Source: Camelus ferus (taxonomy: Eukaryota). Taken from it: 64,000 bases of DNA. Shown piece after piece: positions 11,390-23,731 of the stretch. The position numbers and the translations under genes were made by a program. The stretch covers positions 65,164,001 through 65,228,000 of the forward strand of contig NC_045696.1 in assembly GCF_009834535.1 (NCBI RefSeq), given 5' to 3'. Each line of letters starts with the position of its first letter. The stretch's first letter is position 1. The notes beneath the pieces are model-generated. The model saw only the letters and a program-made list of their open reading frames with translations. It ran no database searches and was not told where the DNA came from.

Positions 11390-13451
11390 GAGGCTGACAG
11401 GCACCTCTCCGCTGGGAAAAGCCAGGCTGCAGCTGGGCGCATCAAACAGCCCCGTGGAGTGCCTGCAGCGAACAGGAGGATAAGGAAAGGACTGGCCAGC
11501 TTTTTTCAGAAACTTAGATGCAGTTTTCAAGGTGGCAGAGACTGGGGGGGGGCGGGGGGGCCCTGAAAGAATAACACGGCCTCTCATGGGTTCTGAGCAC
11601 TTCATTTTATTACTGGCTTTTGAATACGGAACCACCAAGCATCCAAGCTGAAAATTAAAATAATAATAATCAAAGACGATGAAATCAGAGATGTTAGTCC
11701 TGCACAGCACACTGCAGAGTGATGCAAACCGTGCATTGCTCAACTGCAGAGCTTTTGCCATTAAAAAAACCATAAGGTGAATTTTCCTTTCCTCAAACTT
11801 TCCAGATTGAATTACATCATCTTATATCTCACCATGGCCCTGGGAGCTTGGCAGGGCAGGGATCAATTTCCCTGTCTTCCGTACTGATTCAATGTCTCCG
11901 TTTTGGCCTGAGCTCCCTCATTTTCCAATGTGATCACTGAATTACTGTATGATCTGAGGCTTTAGATTTCCTCTCCAGAAAATGAAAAGTTTAGGACATT
12001 ATTCTTTCCAGTACTCCCTCCTCCTTCCTCATGGTTCTGAGAGGCACACCAGCAGCCTGCTGGGTAGGAGGTACTGTGGAAGGACAGGAAGGGTAGTGTT
12101 GTGGACCCCACTTCACAGCCAACAGTGCAACCCTGTATTTATCCGTTTAAATGTGAGACTTTTGGTTAAATTTTTCTTTGGGAGGCTCCCATTCCAAACA
12201 TAAAAGGTTTGGAAACAATTGGACCAGATGCTTTCTAAATTCTTTCTGGCTTGTCTATCCCATGATTTCATGGTCTCCAGGTTATAGTGTACTAACTCTT
12301 TCAGGATACGAGAGTACTGTTTGGTGCTCTGATAAAATTCAATACATTAGAGAATAAAACACTCCAATTCTTGTAACAGGGAGCTCTATCCCAGCATGTG
12401 GCAGCTAAAGGAAATTCAATCTGACTCCCCATTTTCCTCCCTTAATCCCTCCCATTGGCCAAGTCTGTGGCCGATGACGTAGTGAATGAGGAGCTGAGGT
12501 CTTTACATCGGCTGCCGTGGGCACGTGCTCTCTCTCCCCTAAGACTCGTCTATGGAGTGAGACTAATAATACCCATGTATAATAATGTTACAAATGGTAA
12601 ATCGAATAAAATAATTCATATGCCTGGCACAACCCCTAGCACATTTTGTAATTCAAAGATTGTTTGCTCTCTCATCCTTCATTCCTTTGATTTAATCTGT
12701 CCTAAGATCTTTACCAGGATGTTAGTTACCCTGGTCTTTTTGGTTTGCTTCTTTAGATAACACACCAGTTTCACCAGCAAGAAATACTCACTCCCGAAGA
12801 TGTAACTAAGTGTTTAAAATCATTTGAGCCATAACAACTGGGCAAGTGATGTAATGAATAAAATGTTCCTAATGCAATGTAATAGGGAATGTTTTAGACT
12901 GTGGCTGACTCTTTGTTTAATTGGGCTGAGTTTTACCATTAGAACCAGTGGGTTCAGAGAGGCTGAATTTTTGCATTCACATTGGAAAATAATCCATTAA
13001 AAAATATTGGTTTATTCTCTTTAAATCAAAACTCCTTTACGGGGTGACCTTGGCAAGCCTACAAAGTATTTATTATACTGACTTGGGACTTGGGGAGGTA
13101 GGTGGAAAGATTCTGAATTTATTTTATGTTAAGTTTCTAATTTACACTTCAATACAATTGTACTTGAGGTCCTTGGGTGACTGAATCAATATAAAAGCCA
13201 AGGACTGACCGTGAACTTTTCTTCTCATCCACTCTTGTCCTTCATTCTTTGAACGACAGCTAATTTCAATGGAGATGTTTCAAAGACTGGATTTAAGGGT
13301 CAAGTAGATAGGAACAGAACAGAGTCATGGTGCTGACTTTGGGCAGTTTTCTAATAACTTTGCCAGTCCAAAAGTGAAGCAAGTTGTCCAGAGATGTCCA
13401 CCTCCAGGAATGGTTGAAAGAATTGCTTGTTGTGTATATGTTAGGTTTGGG

Positions 13452-13965
13452 CTAAAATTTGCAAATCTCATACTCCCAAATTTATCCCTTCCCACTCCCT
13501 TTCCCCCGGTAATTATAAGATTATTTACGTGACTCTGTTTCTGTTTTGTAGATCAGTTCATTAGTGTCCTCTTTTTTCCTTTCTTTTCTTTTTTTTTTTT
13601 TTAAATTCCACATGTAAGTGATATCATGTGGTATTTTCCTTTCTCTTTCTGGCTTACTTCACTTACAACAACGATCTCTCTAGATCCATCCATGTTGCTG
13701 CAAATGGCATTATCTTATTCTTTCTTATGGTCGAGAAGTATTCCATTATAAAAATATACCACAACTTCTTTATCCAGTCATCTGTCGATGGACATTTAGG
13801 TTGTTTCCACGTCTTGGCTATTGTATAGAGTGCTGCTGTGAACACTAGGGTGCATGTATCTTTTCAAATTAGAGTTCCCTATGGATATATGTCCAGGAGA
13901 GGATGGATCATATGGTAAGTCTATTTTTAGTTTTTTGAAGAGTCTCCATACTGTTTTCCATAATG
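13452..13965 (-). mobile_element. Young L1 fragment (ORF2 C-terminus and part of 3' UTR)
   Basis: ORF 13663-13845 (MFTAALYTIAKTWKQPKCPSTDDWIKKLWYI...MPFAATWMDLE) is the L1 ORF2 C-terminus. Confidence 0.92.
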
Positions 13966-14473
13966 GTTAAGTTTGGGGTCTTGGTATTTCCAAACAGAGG
14001 TTAGGATTATTTTACTTCTTTGATTCAAGTCTCCATATTTAGTAGTGTACCCCTGCCATCCGGATGACCTGTGAAGGAACTGGAGCTGCACCGGGGCGGA
14101 CGTCCTCACACTTAAAGTGCGTAAGCATCAGTTAGAAGGCACATTTTTCTTTGTGTCTTTTAAATGTATTTCTCCTGATTATAAAATTAGCAGTTGTAAA
14201 TCTGCTTTTGAGGGAGGCAAAAAAACATACAAGAACAGAGAAACACTTTGTCTACATGCATTTACTCAGACATATGTATTATTTTGTCACATTCTCTCTC
14301 AATAGTATCATCAGTAATCCTGCTGAAACCAACAAAAATGGATTTATATAAATAACATTTTATATTTGTGAAATTTCTGGCAAATACAAGTCAATTGCTA
14401 TTTGTTCTTTGTATTAATTTTTGACCCTTTATATCATCATTTTCACTTTCCCTTTATTCTTTTACCCTTGTAG

Positions 14474-14590
14474 ATCAGTGTTGTTAACCCTGACTGATAT
14501 TATAATCAACAGGGGAGTTTTACTGAAAATACTGATGCCCAGGCCTAAGACCCAGGTCAGATGCAATTCGATCTGGGAAAACAATTGGTA
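14474..14590. mobile_element. MER5-like hAT fragment
   Basis: cagtgttgttaaccctgactgatattataatcaacaggggagttttactgaaaatactgatgcccaggcc resembles MER5A/B. Confidence 0.5.
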
Positions 14591-14599
14591 CTTAAAAAG

Positions 14600-16335
14600 A
14601 AAAAAGTCTTATTTTGAAATAATTTTAGCTCTGTAGAAGAGTTACAAGGAGTTCCTATTACCCTTCACCGAGTTTTGTCTAATGTTTGCATCTTATGTAG
14701 TCACGGTACCATTATCAAAACTCAGAAATCAACATTGGTTCAATTCTATTTAAATTATAGACTCTGAACTTCACCACTTATTTCCACTAATGTGTCTTTT
14801 TTCTGTTCCAAAATCTAATCCAGGATCCCATATTGTGTTTACTAATGCCTCATATTAGTCTTCTCCTATCTGTGACACTTCCTCAGTCTTTCCTTATCTT
14901 TCGTGACTTAAACTCATTTGAAGAGTTCTGGTCAGGTATTATGGAAAATGTTCCTCAATTTGAGGGTATCTGATATTTTCTCAAGATTAGACGGTGTGGG
15001 CAAAAATACCACAGAGGTAATATACTACTCACAGTGTATCAGTATATTGTATCACTGGCTATATGAGCATTGATAACTTGGTTAAGGTGACGTCTGCCAG
15101 ATTTGGGCACTGTTTCTTCTCTATTGCTATTTCTTATCTATTTGAATACTTTGCAACATGCCTCCATCATTCATTCGTTCATCCATTTATTCCTTCATTT
15201 GCTCACGGATCTATTTATTGTTTCCTCTCTATACTTTAAATATTTAGGGTAAAATACGTTGAAACTGTACAAATACCACCATGTTTCTCTTTAACATTTA
15301 AACCTCTTTTTTTTTTTAAAGATTAACTTTTTTAGAATCAAGCTTTTAATTTTTATTTTATTTTTTCCTCCTTAACAGAGGCACTGGGGATTGAACTCAG
15401 GACCTCGTACACACCAAGTGTGCCCTCTACCAACTCTACCACTGTGCTGTACCCCCCACCCTAAACTTCTAATTTTAGTATTCCATGGGTCTTGCCTCCA
15501 GCAACTGTTACTGTGATATTCCAATGGTGATTCTTCTATTTCTCTCTTTTGTAAAGAAGAGATTCAATACTCCTTCTCCCTCTTGTATTTATTTAATCAT
15601 TTGTTTATATCAGCATGGAATCATGAATATTTATTTTATTCTTTGTGTTATATTCCAATAAAATAGTTATTTATGGTGGTGCTCAAATTGCTCCAGATTC
15701 GACCATTGTCAACTATTTCCAGTTGTCTTCAGCATACTTTTCAACATGCTTCCACCATTCATTCATTCATCCATCCATTTATTCCTTCATTTATTCATGT
15801 ATTTATTTATTTATTCTGGCATTACAAGATGCTTCGAGCTTATACACCACCCCTGAAATGAATCACTTCTCCAAGGAACTCTGGTTCCTTTTATTGGAAA
15901 ATGATAATCAGAAACCAAGATACGTGTGCTAGGTGTTATTGCTAATGGATGTCACTGCTTCTAGGCTCCATCAGAGGACAGGGCTAGAAAAAAATACATA
16001 TGTATTATATATATATCTTAACACATGTGTACAGTAGGTATATTTATTTCTATATGTATCAATGTGCATATATATTTAAAGAACCAAAAAGCAAAGCATG
16101 AGTTCATACAGATATCTCCAATTCTAGCCAGCACCATTTTAGCATTCTCCTTCTATTCCTCTTTCATTTCCCCTTTACTTTACCTTCTTTGTCTGAGGGT
16201 GAGAAGACTGGCTCTCATTATCTATGATATATTTCTCTGTTCAACTTTAGAATAAATAAAAAGCAGTTTCAGAATTGATAATTGGTACTCGTGCTGGAAA
16301 TAAATGTATCATCTATGGTACAGTGTTTGTGTACA
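14600..16335 (-). mobile_element. L1MC4-like 3' UTR
   Basis: ttattttgaaataattttag...acccttcaccgagttt...ttatcaaaactcagaaatcaacattgg; cacttctccaaggaactctggttccttttattggaaaatg. Confidence 0.75.
15308..15461 (-). mobile_element. Vic-1-type tRNA-derived SINE
   Basis: ctggggattgaactcaggacctc...ctaccactgtgctgtacccccc with a T-rich tail. Probable TSD taaacctct / taaacttct. Confidence 0.8.
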
Positions 16336-17098
16336 GTTATTTTTGTTCAGATCTTTTGCCCATTTTGTCTTCTTAGAGATCTTTATATACTCTGGATAAA
16401 GATTCTTTATCAGAGATAAAGAAAAATTAATCCATAAAATTCTCTTTAATATTGGCTATCTTTTCATTATCTTAACCATCTTTGCCTATACAATTGTTTT
16501 TAATTTTGATAGTCCCATTTATTATAAGAATAATAATAATTATTACTATTGTTTTTGTTGTTATTTATGGATTATGTTTTGGCACTGTTTCTAAAAAGAA
16601 AAAAATGTGCCAAACCAAAGTCATGCAGGTTTTCCTCCTATGTTTTATTCTAGAATTTAAAAGTTTTATAGCCTTATATTTTACATTTGTATTTATGGTC
16701 CATTTTATATTAATTTTTATAAAGGTGTGGAATGTCTATAAAGGTTGACTTTTAAGAATATGGACATCTGCTTTTAAGTTCTATCAATTTTTACTTTATG
16801 CATTTTGAACCTCTGCTGTTACTTTCATTTTTGTTACCATTATATCTCCTTAGAGAATTGACCCTTTGTTATCAAACTATGTCCCTATTTAACCCTAAGA
16901 ATGTGCTTTAGTCAAAAAATTTACTTCGTCTCTTATTAATACAGCCACCCTAGCTTTCTTTTGATTAATACTAGCATGGGAGATCTTTCTCTGTCCTTTG
17001 ACTTTGAAGGTATGTCTTTATATTAAATTGACTTTCTTGTTTGCAATACAGAGTTTGGTGTTACTTTTTTTTATTCAATCTGAGAATCACTGCCTTTT

Positions 17099-17318
17099 TG
17101 TGGGGGTGGTAATTAGGTTTGTTTGTTTATTAACACCTTTATTGTGGTATGGTTCCTGTACAGGAAACTACACATATTTCAAATTTACAGTTTGATGAAT
17201 TTTGATACCTGAAAATACCAATGAAACTTATTTACTCTAATGAAGATACTGGGGATTGAACCTAGGACCGCGTGCATGCTAGGCAAGCACTCTACCACTG
17301 AGCTACACTCTCCCTGCT
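17099..17318 (-). mobile_element. Vic-1-type SINE with an L1/HAL1-like tail nested in its A-rich tail
   Basis: Head 17245-17314 and distal tail gtaattaggtttg at about 17109. The 18-bp TSD is tgagaatcactgcctttt / tgagaatcattgtctttt. Confidence 0.85.
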
Positions 17319-18215
17319 TGAGAATCATTGTCTTTTAACTGAACTGTTTAGATGATTCCTACTTAATGTGATTATTAATATGATTGAATTAAAATCTACT
17401 CTCTTGTTAGGTAATTTGTTTCATCTGTTCTTTATTCCTCTTTTCCTCTTTTTACACCTTCTCTTGGAAGCTCTTAGTTGAGCATATTTTTAATTCTGTT
17501 TCATCTTCTCTGTTGGCTTATTGTCTGTACCTATAAAGCTTCATTAGTAGCTGTCTTCAGGGTTGCTATATATTTGTAATTAATTAGAGTCTACCTTCAA
17601 ATAATATTATACAGCTTCTCATATTTTATAACTGTATATTCTCATTATCTCTCTCCCATTTTTTTATGCTATTGTGTTTATGCCTTTTAGTTTTACATAT
17701 GCTACAAACACAAAATAGATTCCTATAATTTTTGCTTTCAACACTCATGTACATTTTGAAAAAATTTTTAAAAAAGAAAAAATAGAATTGTATTATACCT
17801 TCATTTATTTAAGTTTTAGTTCTCTTTGTCTCTGTATAGATCCAAGTTTCTGTCTGGTATCCTATTTTTTCCGCCTGAATAAATTCCTTTTTCATATCTT
17901 CTAGACTTTGTCTATTAGTCATACATTCTCAGAATGTTGGTTTTTCTAATGAAAGTATTTCTTCTTTATTCCTGTAAAATCATTTTATTAGGAATGGAAT
18001 TTTAGTTTGTCAGTTTATTTATTATTTTTTTTAAATTTTCCTTCAGCACTTTAAAGACGTCACTCCATGGTCTCCTGCATGATTTCTGAAAAAGGATGAC
18101 TGCTCTCATTCTCATCTTAGTTCCTCTTTGTGTGATGTATCTTTTTCTCTGGCTACCTTCCCAACTTCTCTGTTTTTTGTTTTCAGCCATTCACACCGAA
18201 TATGCTAGGGGTGAA

Positions 18216-18256
18216 TGTGTGTATGTATGTGTGTGCGTGTGTGTGTGTATGTGTGT
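18216..18256. repeat. Imperfect (TG)n microsatellite
   Basis: tgtgtgtatgtatgtgtgtgcgtgtgtgtgtgtatgtgtgt. Confidence 0.9.
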
Positions 18257-20919
18257 TTGATGTTCTGGTTCCCTGTTCGCTGCACCTCACGGAGGATTCA
18301 TCCCTAGCAAGTTATTTGTTACTTGATCGGAGCAAACCTGGAGGTGGATGGAGGGCGTCCTCTGTCATGATTAAGCCTCATCCTTAGCAGGCACTGTGTC
18401 CCTGGAACTTGGACTCATGACCTTCTCAGTACTCCTGCCCCCTTTCCCTGTGTATTTCTAAGCCCAGAGTGCATTTAATCCTCATTACAGCCCTCCATGT
18501 TAATCATAATAGTTGTTAATAATTTCTTCTTGACAGAAATCCTAAATCTATGTAGCATTGATGAGATACAGGGCTCTGAAATTATGCCTGTAAAGTGCCA
18601 GACACACTGTAGGTATTCAGCAAATGAAGGTATTTTCCTCTTGTCACAACTGAAGGTGTTGGGAACTGAGGGGATATTTTTAAGAGTGAATGGGTATGTG
18701 GGCAAAGAACAGATTTTCCTCTATGCTACTATTGTTTCCAGCCTAGGCAGGCCATGGAGTTCTTTGCTTTGTAATTCATTAATTACTTACTTACAAACTC
18801 AGCAATTGACAAGGTCACTCTGACCTTTCTTGAGACAAACTGTCCTGTTAGAAAGCCCGCTGAGCTCTAGCTGTTTGGCTAATGTGGTTTCTGGGGTTTG
18901 TGGGAATCCTGCCACATTTGTAAGATTATTCACGTCCCCTTTGCATTCGGGTACACAGCTAGCATAATTCACAGGCATAGTCCGTAAACATTTACTCCAA
19001 AAGAGTGAGGCAGGGTTTGCTTTTCCAAATAAATGGCTTTCTTTCTTTCGTTCTTTTAAAAATGGGTGGTTACAGGCAGATTTTTTTTAACATTAACTTT
19101 TCAAATAATGGCATCTTCAATATCCATTTTTATATTCTATAGGATTCTGTTAAAGTATAAACATAAATAAAATGGTTTTAGTATAAATTTGAGAAGTTTC
19201 CACTCTCTTTTGCCTTTTAATCAAGTTGATTCCCCTAGTCTGATGAACATTGAAGATTAATAGAAATGAATGTAATACCTAACTAGAAAACAAAGAATTC
19301 CCATGTAGGCAGTTAATTCTTATCTGACTTTTTCACAATAATTTTATTGTATTTATTATTAGAAGAGTAGACAGTTGAGGCCAGATTTAGAGTTGAAGGA
19401 TATTTTTTAAAAAATCGAAGAGACAGATGGATGATACACATTTTTGTGTTAATTTTTGAGGATGCATTGCATGAGAAGCTCTTCTCTTGAAAACGATAAT
19501 GCCTGCTTCACAATATTGAAGCACGATGTACGGTGATGTGAGCTCAGTGATTTGAGAATTCAGACAACATGAATACCTTCATCACCCATAACAAGCCCCT
19601 TGACCCTTTGGTGTGGCTGCTTCAAAGTCTGCCTAGAATAAGAAGATTCATTTCTTTATGTCAGGTTTCTATTTGACTTCCCTGCTCTTTTTTTTAACTT
19701 TGTTCTTAGGAGATTTTTGCCTCTTCTCTTTCATAGAAATAAGCTTTTTGTATGTGTATTTTGATTCTCTTAGTACATTGATCATTACCTGTCTCTTCTC
19801 CTGGATAGTCATTTTCTTCTTCTGTGTTGGTTGTTATCCAGTCTACCAATAATCTCACATCTTCTCTGTATTTCACACACAGTACCCCACGTGACCTTCC
19901 TTGCTACACCCTCACATCAGTATATTGCTTTTTGTATGTTTTTCCTGTTTACATCAAATTAAATGTAACTGACTACATCTACTTCCTTACTACCTATTCA
20001 TGTTTTTAAGAGTAAACTTTTTAAGTTAAGCATATATTCGAAGAGTCAGTAATTCTTCCAGACTTGTTAAGACCTATAGTGATTCCTAGACCCTTATTCC
20101 ACATTTTCTCTTTTCTAGACATTTTCATTTAACATTTTATATGTGATTATATTATCTGAATAGCCTAAAATCTTGAAGTACATGGCTGTATCACTACTTG
20201 ATACTTTTTTTCTCCATATTTGAGCACTGACTATTGACTCTCACTATGATAGATGAGAACTTAGCTTTCTTCCCATTCCTCATCCCCAAAGATATATGTA
20301 AACTTTCATCCATCATTCTCCCAGTAGAGACTTATTATAATTTTGGTTAGAGCAATACTCAGTCTTGGAAATTTTTCTGGAATAATATCCATGTTGTTTT
20401 GCTCTACTATCGCCATCATTTGAACTGCCTTTTTGAGAGAGCTTCAACCTTATCTTACAAAGATTCTATTGACTTTTATATTTTTCTTCTAATATTTAAT
20501 TTTTGTTTTAATTTTGTTTAATTTTTGTTTTCGAAGTAGTTTCTTCACAGTATTCCAGAGTTTGATGAATGTGATATATGATGTCTTATTTCTTTAAAAT
20601 TATCAATGATACTTAAAATTTTTTTCTCTTCTCTGCAAGTTGTTTTCTTCAGTCTATTGTTCTAGGCTCCTTCTTCTGTGTTAGATATTTTCTTAGATAT
20701 CAGCTATTCTGGTTGTCTCTTCATATCTAAGAATGTTTGAACTAAAATCCTGTCTAGCAACTCTAAGCATGTGGATGGGTCTTAACTGACTGGTGGTTTC
20801 CCTGTGACATGATTGGGCTAAGTCATCTGTTAGGGAGTACCTAATGTCTAAATGCTTAGGCTTTTCTTTTTTGGGGAATCAGACCCCATGATAGGACCCT
20901 TCCCATTTTCTTGAGTGTT

Positions 20920-21008
20920 TTGTTGTTGTTGTTAATGGAGGTACTGGGGCTTGAACCCAGGACCTTGTGCATGCTAAGCACACTCTGCCACTGAGCTATC
21001 CCCTCCCC
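20920..21008 (-). mobile_element. Vic-1-type tRNA-derived SINE
   Basis: gaggtactggggcttgaacccaggaccttgtgcatgctaagcacactctgccactgagctatcccctcccc. TSD ttcttgagtgtt / ttcctgagtgtt. Confidence 0.9.
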
Positions 21009-21029
21009 TTCCTGAGTGTTCATCATGCT

Positions 21030-21312
21030 AACCACAGTGGGCCCAGCCCCTTCCAGAGCCTTTGAAGATTCACAGGGGCTCTAGCTACCTAGAAGCAATA
21101 GCTTCCCAGAGAGCCTGCCATGAGCTTCCTCTTTGCTGTTGCACTCCATTCTTGGACATGTTTGGCTTATTGCATTGACTGGGTGGTGAGCTCTCTGATC
21201 TTCCAGTTCCTCCCACAGTTATGTAGAGTCCAATTACTGTAACACATACCTAAAGCCCATAGTCACTAATTATCATAGTCACTCTGCTTCCTTGTCTGAA
21301 CCTGGACTGACA
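21030..21312 (+). mobile_element. MLT2E/F-like ERVL LTR 3' part
   Basis: Ends ctctgcttccttgtctgaacctggactgaca, typical of MLT2 3' ends. Confidence 0.55.
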
Positions 21313-21683
21313 GACCCTCAGCCTCATCCTCTCCAGTGGGGAGACCTGCCCTCTTCTGTCAGAGGTGTGCTAAAATAGCAGGGACCGCTGTAAACTGCTT
21401 TAGATACAGTTGGATTCCTAGACGGAACTCATGTGACTTGAGAGGAGACCACCAAACACACACATTATACTTTACCTCACCCCCCCACCCAGGGTTCTCT
21501 AGTGCTATTGATTCCCCCAGATGATTGTTCCCACGGCAGACTTGGGATTTGGCTTTCTTAGTGCTGCTAAGTCAGCTGTCTTCATTCCATCTGCTTTCTA
21601 GCACCGACAGTTTTGTTACTGATGTCTCTACTCCTATTTTCCCCATCTGTGTAGGCTTATGCCTTAAATATTACTTGATATTT

Positions 21684-22339
21684 GGTGCATTTCCATTCAG
21701 TGGAAAACAGTATGAGGATTTCCCAAAAACTAAAAATAGAACTATCATACACACCCAGCAATATACTCCTGGGTATAGATCTGAAAAAACCAAAAACACT
21801 AAGTAGAAAAGATATATGCACCTCGATGTTCATAGTAGCATGACTTACAATAATGGAAGCAACCTAAGTGTCCATCAACAGATGAATGGATGAAGATGTG
21901 GTGTATATATACAATGGAATATTACTCAGCCAAAAAAAGAATGAAATTGTGCCATTTGCCACAACATGGATGGACTTGGAGGGTATTATGCTAAGTGAAA
22001 TAAGTCAGACAGAGGACAGATACTGTATGATTCACTTATAGGTGGAATCTAAAAAATACAACAAACTAGTAAATATAACAAAAAAAAGCAGACTCACAGA
22101 TGTAGAGGACAAAATGTCATCACCAGTGGGGAGAGAGGAAGAAGAGGGGCAAGATAGGGGCAGGAGAGTAGGAGGTATAAAATAAGCTACAAGGATATAT
22201 TGTACAGCACAGGGAATATAATACAGAATATAATAACTATAAATGGAGTATAACCTTTAAAAATTGTTCACTCTATTGTTTACCTGTAACATAATATTGT
22301 ACATAAACTGTAACTTGATAAAAATAAAAATAAAAAAGA
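21684..22339 (+). mobile_element. 5'-truncated L1 (ORF2 end, 3' UTR, A-tail)
   Basis: gaagcaacctaagtgtccatcaacagatgaatgg...acatggatggacttggagggtattatgctaagtgaaataagtcagacagag. TSD ttgatattt at 21675-21683 / 22340-22348. Confidence 0.92.
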
Positions 22340-23266
22340 TTGATATTTCAATAGGAGTTTGGTTCTATGGGGGGATTTCAGGAAGGAGTGAATTAGATAC
22401 ATGTGCTCCATGCACCATGTTTACTGAAACACCCCCATTCATTTTTTAAGCTGTGTAATCTGGCTACTGGCTCTCAACTCTACCATGGCTCCTTCCCTAT
22501 GAATAACCTAGATGTCAAATCAAAAGTCCTCTTTTTTGGTCCTTGTTGTCCTTATTTTTTCAACAGTACTGGACACTATTGACCCTCCTGCTCATGTAGT
22601 TCCTTTTCTCCCCGCTCCTCTGGCTGTCTGGTCTTGCTCTCCCTTCCTGTCTTCGCTACCACCATTTATGAAGCATCAATTTTAAGCCAGATTTTTAGTT
22701 GGGCATTACCCTTCCCCTTCAGAGGATGCAGGCAACTGAAACTGAAAAGTTGGAGAGCAGAACACTTTAAATCATACCGTGCCTTCATTGATAATGTGAA
22801 GCCTTCCTCCCACTCGGTGAGGAGATGACAGGTTGTAAATTACCTCATGCTACTTGGGTCTAAAGCAGACAGCCCATCAGTCTGCATGAATGCTCCCTTC
22901 TAAGGGGGCCTGGCTGTCCATTATTTCAGGGTTTCTAATTCTCTGCAGAGCATCTGGTTAATAGCATGTGGGCTTTGGTTCTGCTAGGCTAAACACTGAG
23001 CAGGAAAATCCAGTGAGGACGTGGAGAGAGGTTCTTTTCCATTACACTGGAGACAAGTGTTCAGTCTGAGGGAGGAGATGGCCTTCTGTTTTTGTCACGA
23101 ATCCTGAACTGAAGGACAAAAAGAGCAACAGTCATCGAGTGAGTAATCACCACTATTGTTACTGGGTGGCCCTCATAAAGAGATTTTTTTTTTGCAAATA
23201 AAATTCTTAGTATTTTTTTGAACATTATGTTACCTTTTTATAGGGGAAATAGACAGTATTTCTTTA

Positions 23267-23325
23267 AATTAACACAACATTGTAAATCGACTATACTCCA
23301 GTTGAAAAAAAGGATAAAGTGAAAG
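23267..23325 (+). mobile_element. Ultra-short L1 3' tail insertion
   Basis: aattaacacaacattgtaaatcgactatactccag followed by an A-rich tail. 12-bp TSD agtatttcttta. Confidence 0.8.
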
Positions 23326-23731
23326 AGTATTTCTTTAGGTTCACGGTAATTAAAAGAAAAAACTTTGCTATGAAAGCAAAGGGTATTTCTCAAAGGAGAT
23401 TAGAGTAAATAAAAGAAGAATTCTTGCTGCATTAAAAGAAAAGGAAGACTTTTTCTAGGAGACAATGTTAAGTCGCAGCAGCGGCAGCCGTTTTAATTGC
23501 AAGTGTCAGTGCAGTGGACCTGGCTCATCTTCACGAGTTTTTATTTCTTTCTTGATCCTCCCTGCCCTGATCTGGATAACCTCCACATAAGTCACTTGAC
23601 TTTTCCAGAAAAAGCAAACAAACAAATCGGTGAAATAATGTATTTTATAGCCTGGAAAAACACCGCTTGCTAAGAGAAGACAGGACAAGTATCCGTTTCT
23701 CTCCCAAATATTCTGCCACTAGACTTGCATA

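Larger units (their letters stand above)
16345..18480 (-). mobile_element. Old L1M ORF2/ORF1/5' fragments
   Basis: Antisense L1 motifs (agatcttttgcccatttt; cttaatgtgattattaatatg; ccttcagcactttaaagacgtcactccatggtctcc). ORF 18002-18190 resembles degraded L1 ORF1. Confidence 0.75.
19640..22432 (-). mobile_element. HAL1/old L1M element, interrupted by a SINE, an MLT2 LTR and an L1
   Basis: T-rich antisense body and a 5'-end-like motif gggatttcaggaaggagtgaattagatacatgtgctccatgcaccatgttt at 22373-22422. Confidence 0.55.

Noticed and set aside
13663..13845. Protein-like 60-aa ORF
   Set aside because: It is an L1 ORF2 C-terminal remnant, not a host gene.
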